From NCBI GenBank assembly GCA_044370375.1, contig JBILVQ010000002.1, positions 1 to 43,184 of the forward strand: 43,184 nucleotides of DNA, read 5' to 3'. Positions 1-8,514 of the stretch are shown here, piece by piece (the first letter of the stretch is position 1; each line of letters starts with the position of its first letter). The stretch comes from Bacteroidia bacterium. GTDB lineage: Bacteria > Bacteroidota > Bacteroidia > UBA4408. The notes under the pieces were generated by a model. That model was not told where the DNA came from and did no database searches. It saw only the letters and a program-made list of their open reading frames with translations. A program made the translations under genes and the position numbers.

Positions 1-559
<559 letters not shown>

Positions 560-611
560 TTAACATTTTGGAAGTTTTTATGAATTATCAACCAATGGCT
601 TATTTTTGTTT

Positions 612-1208
612 TTAAAGAATCTCTATGGATACTTTTTGCTCTGAGAAATCTTTTAGCTCCCTAAGCTCTCGGTTTATTTTCCTGTTCCATTCAACCTGCT
701 GAAGTGAATCTCTGCTATGGTCTGTTTCTTTGTCGTAAAGGGCTTGGCGTTGAAAAAGTTTTTCCTGGGTATCGGCAAAAACCTGCTCCAAATATTTCAG
801 CAATTTGGCCTTTGCTTGCTTGTTGTTTTCCTGCAATGTTTTTCTGGCTGTTCGGGCATAAACTTCTACCAAATCAAAGTGCTTTTGCTCATGCTCCAAC
901 AGATAGTCATTGTTTTTATCCTTGCTCCAGGATAAAGAGGGTTGAAACCTGCTTTCAATAATGACCTCAATGGTGTGCGCATTAACCTGCTCGGTTTTAA
1001 TGCTTAATCCTGCAGTTGTTAGGGCTGTTTTGTTATTCTTGGGGTCGGGTTTGGCCGTAAAATCATCCCAGGTTAATTTTACTTCATAACTCCAATAGAG
1101 GTATTCGGATGCGCCTGTCGGTACTGAATTTTTTTGCATCCTTTCCAGCCTCGGATTGAAATTCCATAGCAGTGATAAACTGAAAATTAAAAATTTAAGC
1201 CAACTCAT
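612..1208 (-). CDS. DUF922-like predicted secreted Zn-metallopeptidase (HExxH)
   Basis: 198 aa ORF with a hydrophobic N-terminus (WLKFLIFSLSLLW) and an HExxH motif in LLEHEQKHFDL. The overall size and shape resemble the DUF922/COG5661 family. Its ATG directly abuts the stop of the upstream symporter (TAGATG). Confidence 0.6.
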   Translation of the reverse strand: MSWLKFLIFSLSLLWNFNPRLERMQKNSVPTGASEYLYWSYEVKLTWDDFTAKPDPKNNKTALTTAGLSIKTEQVNAHTIEVIIESRFQPSLSWSKDKNNDYLLEHEQKHFDLVEVYARTARKTLQENNKQAKAKLLKYLEQVFADTQEKLFQRQALYDKETDHSRDSLQQVEWNRKINRELRELKDFSEQKVSIEIL

Positions 1209-2681
1209 CTAAACTTGTTTTTTTGTGCTGAAAATCCATAAACCCAACATGGTAATCAGGGCATTGATGACCAGTAATTCATAACCAAATTGGTAACCAT
1301 GAAACCACTCTTTTGAATGGGAGTCTAATAGGTAGCAAAGTAGTGGTGAACTTATAGCAATCATTGGAACGAAAAAATCTTTTACTTTTCGTTTGAAAAT
1401 CAAACCAAAGCTAAACAGTCCGAGCAAGGGCCCATAGGTATAGGTGGCCAATGTCAGCACGCTGTCTATGATGGCTTTGCTGTTCAGTAAATCGAACAAA
1501 AGTATCACCAGCAATAAAACAAAAGCGAATGAAATATGGATTCGTTTTCTTAAAACAACCCTGGCTTTTTCACTCATTTTTTCTAATGATTCCTTTTTTA
1601 AAAAATCATAGTAAAAGGAGGTGGTTAGGGTGGTCAATACCGAATCGGCACTGTTAAAGGTGGCGGCTGTTAAGCCAATGATAAAAACCAGGGCGGCCAA
1701 TGAGCCCAAATGATTCAAAGCAAGAAAGGGAAACACGGCATCGGTTTTGATGCCACCCACATCGTTAAGTGGTAAGCTAATTCCTTTTGTGGTTGCGTAT
1801 TGATAGAGCATAACACCCAGTGAGAGGAAGAAAAGGTTTACAACCAGCATCAAAAAGGAGAAACTCACTAGATTTTTTTGTGCATCCCCAATGGATTTGC
1901 AAGACAGATTTTTTTGCATCATATTTTGGTCTAGTCCGGTCATGGCCACACAAATGAAAATTCCTCCTAAAACTTGTTTTGGAAAAAACCACCTAGAGTT
2001 GATATCCCAGTCCCATACTTTTGCCAACGGATCATTCATCACGGCCTGCAAAGAATCAGTGACTGAATAGTTGAGTTCGCGACTGATAAAGAAAAGTGAT
2101 AGGATTACGCCCGCCAGTAAAAAACCACTTTGAAGAGCATCGGTCCAAATCAGCGTTTTTATCCCTCCTTTCATGGTATAGACCAACATCAGGGCAATTA
2201 TTCCGGCAGTGCTTAGCCAAAATGGGACACCCATTGGGTCAAAAACAAAAAGTTGTATAACACCTGCAGCAAGGAATAGGCGTCCTGCCGCACCGGTGAC
2301 CCGCGACAAAAGAAAAAAGAAAGACCCCGTTTTTTGGGCATTGGGGCCGAATCGGGTTCCTAAATAGGAGTAAATTGAAACAAGATTTAACCTGTAGTAG
2401 AGTGGTAGCAAAACAAAAGAAATGAGGTAATACCCCAAAAAATAACCAATTACCAACTGAAGGTAATGAAAATTATTGGTGTAAACAGCTCCGGGAACCG
2501 AGATATAGGTTACCCCCGAAAGTGAATCACCAATCATACCAATAGCTACTACCAGCCAGGGTGAAGCGTGATTCCCTGTAAAGTAACTGTCGTTATTGGC
2601 CTTTCTTGCGGTAAACCAACCAATGGCCAACAATCCTAAAAAGTAAATGAGAATACAAAAAAGGATTAGCCAGTGCGACAT
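1209..2681 (-). CDS. Sodium:solute symporter (SSF) family transporter, substrate unknown
   Basis: 490 aa polytopic membrane protein with about 13 hydrophobic segments. The N-terminal pattern ARKANNDSYFTGN...SPW and GG(I/M)K(T/A)xxWTDxxQ (KGGIKTLIWTDALQ) is typical of SSF transporters. Confidence 0.85.
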   Translation of the reverse strand: MSHWLILFCILIYFLGLLAIGWFTARKANNDSYFTGNHASPWLVVAIGMIGDSLSGVTYISVPGAVYTNNFHYLQLVIGYFLGYYLISFVLLPLYYRLNLVSIYSYLGTRFGPNAQKTGSFFFLLSRVTGAAGRLFLAAGVIQLFVFDPMGVPFWLSTAGIIALMLVYTMKGGIKTLIWTDALQSGFLLAGVILSLFFISRELNYSVTDSLQAVMNDPLAKVWDWDINSRWFFPKQVLGGIFICVAMTGLDQNMMQKNLSCKSIGDAQKNLVSFSFLMLVVNLFFLSLGVMLYQYATTKGISLPLNDVGGIKTDAVFPFLALNHLGSLAALVFIIGLTAATFNSADSVLTTLTTSFYYDFLKKESLEKMSEKARVVLRKRIHISFAFVLLLVILLFDLLNSKAIIDSVLTLATYTYGPLLGLFSFGLIFKRKVKDFFVPMIAISSPLLCYLLDSHSKEWFHGYQFGYELLVINALITMLGLWIFSTKKQV

Positions 2682-2764
2682 GGGTTTGATTTTGTTTGCA
2701 AGTTTACCATTCCCCTTTCAATTTGCCAATTGCAGTATTTAGAAAGGTTGACTATTTTTAGGCC

Positions 2765-3385
2765 ATGAATTTTCCCTCAAAGTTATTGGAGGAGGCCGTT
2801 AACGAGTTCTCCAGATTGCCGGGTGTTGGAAAGAAAACTGCACTGCGATTGGTTTTGCACCTGCTTAAACAAGATAAAAGCCAGGTTGAAAGGTTTGGTA
2901 ACTCCATTGTTCAATTGAGAAACGGTGCAGTTTATTGTAAAGACTGCCATAATCTTTCGGATGCTTCCCTCTGTCAAATTTGCTCTTCGTCTGCCCGCGA
3001 TAAGTCATTGCTTTGCGTAGTTGAGGATATGAGAGATGTTATTGCCATTGAAAATACAGCCAATTACAATGGTCTTTATCATGTGCTAGGGGGCATCATT
3101 TCTCCGATGGAGGGCATTGGACCCAAAGATTTAACCATTGATTCACTCGAAGAACGGGTTAAAGCCGGTGTGGTGAAAGAAATAATTTTGGCTTTGCCTG
3201 CCAGTATGGAAGGCGAAACCACATCTTTTTATGTGTACCGCAAACTGAATTCAGGAAGCCTGATAATTTCCATCATTGCCAGAGGATTAGGCGTGGGAGA
3301 TGAGCTGGAATATGCAGATGAGGTATCTTTGTCTCGTTCTCTCCTCCAAAGGACGCCTTTTGAAAAATCTTTTTCTGTGAAGTAA
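2765..3385 (+). CDS. recR: Recombination protein RecR
   Basis: 206 aa with an N-terminal helix-hairpin-helix (LPGVGKKTALRL), a C4 zinc finger (CKDCHNL...CQIC) and a Toprim segment (VVEDMRDVIAIE). Confidence 0.95.
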   Translation: MNFPSKLLEEAVNEFSRLPGVGKKTALRLVLHLLKQDKSQVERFGNSIVQLRNGAVYCKDCHNLSDASLCQICSSSARDKSLLCVVEDMRDVIAIENTANYNGLYHVLGGIISPMEGIGPKDLTIDSLEERVKAGVVKEIILALPASMEGETTSFYVYRKLNSGSLIISIIARGLGVGDELEYADEVSLSRSLLQRTPFEKSFSVK

Positions 3386-3397
3386 TTCGTAATTTTA

Positions 3398-5383
3398 TTG
3401 TTTGTGAAGCTCTCCGTTATCATCGTCAATTACAATGTTTGCTACTTTCTTGAGCAATGCCTGCATTCTGTTTTTAAGGCATGCAAAGGAATAGATGCGG
3501 AGGTTATTGTTGTGGATAACAATTCGGTGGATGGTTCTTTGGCCATGCTGCATGAAAAATTTCCAGATGTTGTTTTAATCGACAACAAGAGAAATACAGG
3601 TTTCTCTTTTGCGAACAATCAGGCCATGAGAATTTCCAAAGGGGAATATGTTCTCTTGTTGAACCCTGATACGGTGGTGGAGGAGGATACTTTTTCAAGT
3701 ATTATTTCCTTTATGGATGCTCATCCCGAAGGCGGTGGATTGGGGGTAAAAATGATTGATGGCAAGGGTAAATTTTTGCCTGAATCTAAAAGAGGATTGC
3801 CTACTCCCGAGGTTGCTTTCTATAAGATTTTCGGACTTTCGCTGATTTTTCCTAAATCAAAAATATTTGGCAGATATCATTTGGGTTTCCTCGATAATGA
3901 CCATGTTCATGAAATAGAAATTCTTTCGGGAGCTTTTATGTTTATGAGACGATCTGTTTTGGATGAAGTTGGTTTATTGGATGAAGATTTTTTCATGTAT
4001 GGAGAAGATATTGACCTTTCTTATCGGATAACAAAGGCCGGATATAAGAATTATTACTTTCCCTTTACAAGAATCATTCACTACAAAGGTGAAAGTACAA
4101 AGAAGAGCAGCATCAATTATGTATTTGTGTTTTATAGGGCAATGATCATTTTTGCCCGGAAACATTTTTCTCAACAGAACGCAAACCTCTTTTCCTTCTT
4201 TATTAATCTGGCCATCTACCTGCGGGCAGCTGTGGCCATTGCAAGCCGATTTACCGGCCGAATGCTGCTTCCGGTCATCGATGCCCTGGTTCTGTTTGCA
4301 GGAATGAGTGGTTTGAGTAAATTTTGGGAGAAACAAATACAATGGCGTTCGGGCGGTGACTTTGATCCCGTGTTTCTTAAAAAGATGGTTCCCGTCTATA
4401 TTCTTATTTGGCTGGTTTCTGTTTTGTTCAGCGGAGGTTATGATAAACCCATTAAAATCTGGAAAATCATTAGAGGCGTTTCTGTAGGAACCGTTTTTAT
4501 TTATCTGCTGTATTTTTTTCTTCCCTCAGATTTGCATTTTTCACGTGCCCTCATTGCATTGGGTGCCGGCTTGTCGGTACTTACACTCACCGTTATCCGC
4601 TATGCCCTTCACTTAATGGGCCTTCACGGGTATGAACTAAACAAGGCGCTCAATAAACGATTTCTTGTTATTGGTAGCAAAGATGAATGTGCAAGGGTTT
4701 CAAGATTGCTAGAAAAAACCTCTGTAATTCCCGGATTCATTGGATTGCTCTCTCATGCTGAAGAGCCTGCCGACAAACGTTTTTTTATTGGTAATATCAG
4801 CGAGTTAAAGGAATGCATTGAGGTAAATAAAGTAGATGAACTTATTTTTTGTGCCCGTGATGTAAGTGCACAAAGGATTATTAATTTGATGGAGGAATTG
4901 GTGGTTACGGATGTTGACTTTAAAATTGCTCCGCCCAGGAGTTTATACCTCATTGGCAGTAATTCAAGTGAAGGAAGTGGCGATTTGTACATCATTGATA
5001 TGAATTCCATTACCAGTCCTTCCAATAAGAGAAACAAAAGGTTGCTTGATTTAGGTGTTGCCTTTTTACTCTTGTTAAGTTTTCCGGTTTCAGCCTTAAA
5101 AATGAAAAGCCCATTGCTTTATTTGAAGAATATCTTTTTCGTTTTGTTGGGCTGGAAATCCTGGGTAGGTTATGCCAAACAAGAGGTGCCGGTGGGTTAC
5201 TCCTATAAACCCTTGCCTCAAATTCGTCCGGGCATCCTCAACCCCGGCGATGGAGAACCCATGGGCTCGGTTAATCCTGAATTAATCAATAAACTTAATT
5301 TGCTTTACAGCAAGGATTATACCCTATCTCATGATTGGTCCATAATTCGAAAAGGCTTCGTTTTTCTTGGAAAAAGACGTTAA
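3398..5383 (+). CDS. Family 2 glycosyltransferase fused to a multi-TM region and a degenerate WbaP-like sugar-transferase module
   Basis: 661 aa starting at TTG 3398, with an alternative GTG at 3404. The N-terminus carries GT2 motifs (SVIIVNYN, VVDNNSVDGS, LLNPD, MYGEDIDLSYR). Hydrophobic helices fill the middle. The C-terminus has RFLVIGSKDE..., KRNKRLLDLGVAFLLLLSFP and LLGWKSWVGY, which resemble bacterial sugar transferases. It starts 12 nt after the recR stop, so co-transcription is likely. Confidence 0.8.
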   Translation: MFVKLSVIIVNYNVCYFLEQCLHSVFKACKGIDAEVIVVDNNSVDGSLAMLHEKFPDVVLIDNKRNTGFSFANNQAMRISKGEYVLLLNPDTVVEEDTFSSIISFMDAHPEGGGLGVKMIDGKGKFLPESKRGLPTPEVAFYKIFGLSLIFPKSKIFGRYHLGFLDNDHVHEIEILSGAFMFMRRSVLDEVGLLDEDFFMYGEDIDLSYRITKAGYKNYYFPFTRIIHYKGESTKKSSINYVFVFYRAMIIFARKHFSQQNANLFSFFINLAIYLRAAVAIASRFTGRMLLPVIDALVLFAGMSGLSKFWEKQIQWRSGGDFDPVFLKKMVPVYILIWLVSVLFSGGYDKPIKIWKIIRGVSVGTVFIYLLYFFLPSDLHFSRALIALGAGLSVLTLTVIRYALHLMGLHGYELNKALNKRFLVIGSKDECARVSRLLEKTSVIPGFIGLLSHAEEPADKRFFIGNISELKECIEVNKVDELIFCARDVSAQRIINLMEELVVTDVDFKIAPPRSLYLIGSNSSEGSGDLYIIDMNSITSPSNKRNKRLLDLGVAFLLLLSFPVSALKMKSPLLYLKNIFFVLLGWKSWVGYAKQEVPVGYSYKPLPQIRPGILNPGDGEPMGSVNPELINKLNLLYSKDYTLSHDWSIIRKGFVFLGKRR

Positions 5384-5423
5384 TCTCTAAGGCATGTTTC
5401 CTTGCCATTCACGTTTTTTCGCC

Positions 5424-5431
5424 TATTTTTG
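5424..5431 (+). promoter_or_regulatory. Candidate Bacteroidota -7 promoter box (TAnnTTTG) for the E2 gene
   Basis: Exact match tatttttg, about 25 nt upstream of ATG 5456. Confidence 0.4.
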
Positions 5432-5455
5432 TCCCCTATACTTTGATTTTTTCTG

Positions 5456-6802
5456 ATGGCACAATTTGATATGATCATGCCCAAAATGGGCGAAAGCGTG
5501 GCAGAAGCCACCATTACCAAGTGGTTAAAGAACATAGGCGACCCCATTGCCGCAGATGAATCGGTGCTGGAAATTGCAACCGATAAAGTTGATTCAGAAG
5601 TACCCTCTCCAAAAGCCGGTGTTTTGGTCCAGCGATTGTTTAACGAGGGGGATGTGGTTCAGGTTGGTACCGTTATTGCCGTAATCGCAGATAGCATGAG
5701 CGATGCTTCTGCTGCTCCTACACCTTCGGCAACTCCTGCAGGCCAAAGTGCCCCTGCTCCGGCCGCAACCGTTCAAACGGCAGCTTCCCCGGCACCATCT
5801 CCAACCATTTCATCAGGTTCCGACCGGTTTTATTCTCCTTTGGTGAAGAACATCGCCAGGGAAGAAGGGATAAGCCAAAGCGAATTAGACGCAGTTTCCG
5901 GAACCGGAAAGGACGGCAGAGTGACCAAAGAAGATATTCTTGCTTATGTTGAGAAACGTAAACAAGCTCCGGTAAGCACCGCCCCCAAAATTGAAACTCC
6001 ATCTGTGGCCCCAAGGGTGGATAGCACTCCATCGGCAGCTTCCTCTACACCGGCACCCGCCCCAGCAAAATCACCCGCCATCCCTGTTTATCCGGGCGAT
6101 GAGATTGTTGAAATGGATCGGATGAGAAAACTGATTGCCGATCACATGGTGAAAAGCAAGGCCACTTCTGCGCACGTAACCTCTTATGTTGAGGCAGACG
6201 TAACCAATATCGTTTTATGGCGCGAAAAAATTAAGTCACAATTCGAAAAACGTGAGGGTGCAAAAATTACTTTCACGCCAATTTTTATTGAATGTCTGAT
6301 TAGAGCCATTAAGGATTTTCCAATGATCAATATCTCTGTTGATGGTTCAAATATTATTGTCCGGAAGGATATTAATATTGGCATGGCAGCAGCCTTACCT
6401 ACCGGCAATTTGATTGTTCCTGTTATAAAAAATGCAGACCAGAAAAATCTAATTGGGCTTACAAAATCGGTTAATGATCTTGCCGACAGAGCGCGTCAGG
6501 GAAAATTAACACCGGATGAAATTTCCGGAGGTACTTATACCCTTACCAATGTTGGAACTTTTGGAAATGTTATGGGAACCCCCATTATTAATCAACCTCA
6601 GGTAGCGATTATGGCTGTTGGTGCCATTCGGAAAAAACCGGTGGTGATTGAAACTCCTCAAGGAGATACCATTGGCATTCGTCAGATGATGTTTCTCTCA
6701 CACTCATACGACCATAGGGTGGTAGATGGTGCTTTGGGAGGAAGATTTGTAAGACGATTTGCTGATTATCTCGAAGCTTGGGACATGGACAGAACCGTTT
6801 AG
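5456..6802 (+). CDS. 2-oxoacid dehydrogenase complex E2 component (dihydrolipoamide acyltransferase)
   Basis: 448 aa. It has a lipoyl domain with the lipoyl-lysine motif EIATDKVDSEV and Ala/Pro-rich linkers. It also has a peripheral subunit-binding domain (SPLVKNIAREEGI...GTGKDGRVTKEDI) and a catalytic domain with the SHSYDHRVVDG motif. No E1 or E3 gene is adjacent, so I cannot assign the substrate class. Confidence 0.9.
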   Translation: MAQFDMIMPKMGESVAEATITKWLKNIGDPIAADESVLEIATDKVDSEVPSPKAGVLVQRLFNEGDVVQVGTVIAVIADSMSDASAAPTPSATPAGQSAPAPAATVQTAASPAPSPTISSGSDRFYSPLVKNIAREEGISQSELDAVSGTGKDGRVTKEDILAYVEKRKQAPVSTAPKIETPSVAPRVDSTPSAASSTPAPAPAKSPAIPVYPGDEIVEMDRMRKLIADHMVKSKATSAHVTSYVEADVTNIVLWREKIKSQFEKREGAKITFTPIFIECLIRAIKDFPMINISVDGSNIIVRKDINIGMAAALPTGNLIVPVIKNADQKNLIGLTKSVNDLADRARQGKLTPDEISGGTYTLTNVGTFGNVMGTPIINQPQVAIMAVGAIRKKPVVIETPQGDTIGIRQMMFLSHSYDHRVVDGALGGRFVRRFADYLEAWDMDRTV

Positions 6803-6820
6803 CACAATGTACTAAAAATG

Positions 6821-6851
6821 AAAATGCCGCATTTTGTGCGGCATTTTTTTT
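6821..6851. terminator. Bidirectional rho-independent terminator between convergent genes
   Basis: The stem atgccgca (6824-6831) pairs with tgcggcat (6837-6844). It is flanked by an A-run upstream and an 8-T run downstream. It lies between the E2 stop (6802) and the stop of the minus-strand gene (6870). Confidence 0.8.
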
Positions 6852-6869
6852 ATGGGCAAAGCGATTTTT

Positions 6870-7646
6870 TTAAAAGGCGAAACCAATGCTTAATCCGGTT
6901 CTTAGCCCGGCAAACGGGATTCCTGGTATCTTTACCTTAGCCGTGCTTCCTACAATGTCGGCAACCGGTTTTAAATTGCCAATACCTAAATCTTCCATAT
7001 CTTGTTTGAATCCCTCCGGATCTTTGGCAATGGAATCACCGGTTCCCTCCCCTGAAAAATATCCTGACCCATAGTGAAAACCAACAATCAACCAATCAAT
7101 ACTAACCCTGTTGATGATCCATTGAGCACCCATGCAAAGTCCACCCGCAGTTCCTCCATAACTAAATCGGAGGGGTATTTTTTCAGTACTCGTTACTCCA
7201 TTCGAGGTGCTTTCATAGTTGTAATTTATGTCCACATTAAATTTCGCCCATCGGCCGTATAACCCCAGATAAAAACCATGTGGTGCCTGGTGCTTGATTT
7301 TCTTTCCGGGGTAAAATCTTATTTCCGGGGTTACAAAATAAGAACTGAATTTTATCTCTCTTAAATCGGTAATGTCGAAATTAACTCCGGATTCAAAAGC
7401 ATTTAAAATGGCATTGGGCAAAGGCCTTTGGGGCATCATGCCTAATCCAAGCGCCAGGCTGAAATTTTTATGAATCTTTCGCTCATATTGGAGAGAAAAA
7501 ATCTTAAATTCAACAGGAAATAAATTGAGTTTGACCACGTTTTTTCGCGCAACCGCAATTTCTCCGGTTGGTTTGGGCGGTTCCTGAGCAAAGAGGGCTT
7601 TGCAAACTCCAAGGAGCACCAGCAGAAGCAATAGATTCTTTTTCAT
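6870..7646 (-). CDS. Putative outer-membrane beta-barrel protein, uncharacterised
   Basis: 258 aa with a signal peptide (MKKNLLLLLVLLGVCKALFAQ), an alternating amphipathic beta-strand pattern, and a C-terminal aromatic residue (..SIGFAF) typical of an OMP beta-signal. Confidence 0.55.
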   Translation of the reverse strand: MKKNLLLLLVLLGVCKALFAQEPPKPTGEIAVARKNVVKLNLFPVEFKIFSLQYERKIHKNFSLALGLGMMPQRPLPNAILNAFESGVNFDITDLREIKFSSYFVTPEIRFYPGKKIKHQAPHGFYLGLYGRWAKFNVDINYNYESTSNGVTSTEKIPLRFSYGGTAGGLCMGAQWIINRVSIDWLIVGFHYGSGYFSGEGTGDSIAKDPEGFKQDMEDLGIGNLKPVADIVGSTAKVKIPGIPFAGLRTGLSIGFAF

Positions 7647-7708
7647 AAGAAATGGAATTGGTGAGCTAAGTTAGTTGAAATCTGACTACATTCCTCAAAC
7701 ACGCAGTA

Positions 7709-8509
7709 CTATTTACTAATTGAAAAACTATCAGCATCTTTCCACGATGGAAATTGGGTTCTGAATTTTTTCAACGAATCTAAACTTAAAGTTACCAGCA
7801 AGATGGATTCTTCACCCGGATTGGTTTCTGCTAAAATACTTCCTAAGGGATCTATGGCCATAGAATAACCGGAATAAGGAATGTTATTCCCATCTTCTCC
7901 TACACGATTGACGCCAATGCAGTAGGCATAATTTTCGATGGCCCGTGCAGGAAGAAGCGCTTTCCAAGCAGTTTCTCTGCGCTGCGGCCAGTTGGCTACG
8001 TATAGCAAAAGATCGTAAACAATATTCTTGTTTGTTGAATCAGTGCTTTGATTCCGGCTCCAAACAGGGAAGCGAAGGTCGTAACAAATCATAGGACAAA
8101 TTCTCCATCCTAAATACCGAATGATTAATCGGTCTTGCCCGGGTGTATAGTATTTGTCTTCCTGCGCCATTCTGAACAAGTGTCTTTTATCGTAGAAGTG
8201 GAAGCTGCCATCGGGTTCAACAAGATAAAAGCGGTTGTAATAACTTCCATTATCTTTTGTCATCACACTGCCTGCAATGGCAAAACCCATTTCCCGGCTC
8301 TTTTTTTTCATCCAATGCAAGGTGCTGCCATCGCCATCTGCTGCATCCAAGTTCATGCTGAATCCTGTAGTAAACATTTCCGGCAAAAGAACCAGGTCAA
8401 CCGCCTGCACAGTTGTTAATAGTGCGTCAAAATGTAAGAGATTTTGCGATGGGTTTTCCCAGTATAATTTACTCTGAACCATGGCTACCCTAAGCAGTTC
8501 TTTTTCCAT
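7709..8509 (-). CDS. Carbon-nitrogen hydrolase (nitrilase superfamily, omega-amidase/YafV-like)
   Basis: 266 aa. The Glu-Lys-Cys catalytic triad sits in the expected contexts: LPEMF, YDKRHLF and ICYDLRFP. It starts 5 nt after the aminopeptidase stop, so an operon is likely. Confidence 0.85.
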   Translation of the reverse strand: MEKELLRVAMVQSKLYWENPSQNLLHFDALLTTVQAVDLVLLPEMFTTGFSMNLDAADGDGSTLHWMKKKSREMGFAIAGSVMTKDNGSYYNRFYLVEPDGSFHFYDKRHLFRMAQEDKYYTPGQDRLIIRYLGWRICPMICYDLRFPVWSRNQSTDSTNKNIVYDLLLYVANWPQRRETAWKALLPARAIENYAYCIGVNRVGEDGNNIPYSGYSMAIDPLGSILAETNPGEESILLVTLSLDSLKKFRTQFPSWKDADSFSISK

Positions 8510-8514
8510 GCTTT

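Noticed and set aside
5700-6070. A GC-richer Ala/Pro/Ser-rich stretch inside the E2 gene.
   Set aside because: These are the standard flexible inter-domain linkers of 2-oxoacid dehydrogenase E2 proteins, flanking the subunit-binding domain. This is not an anomaly.
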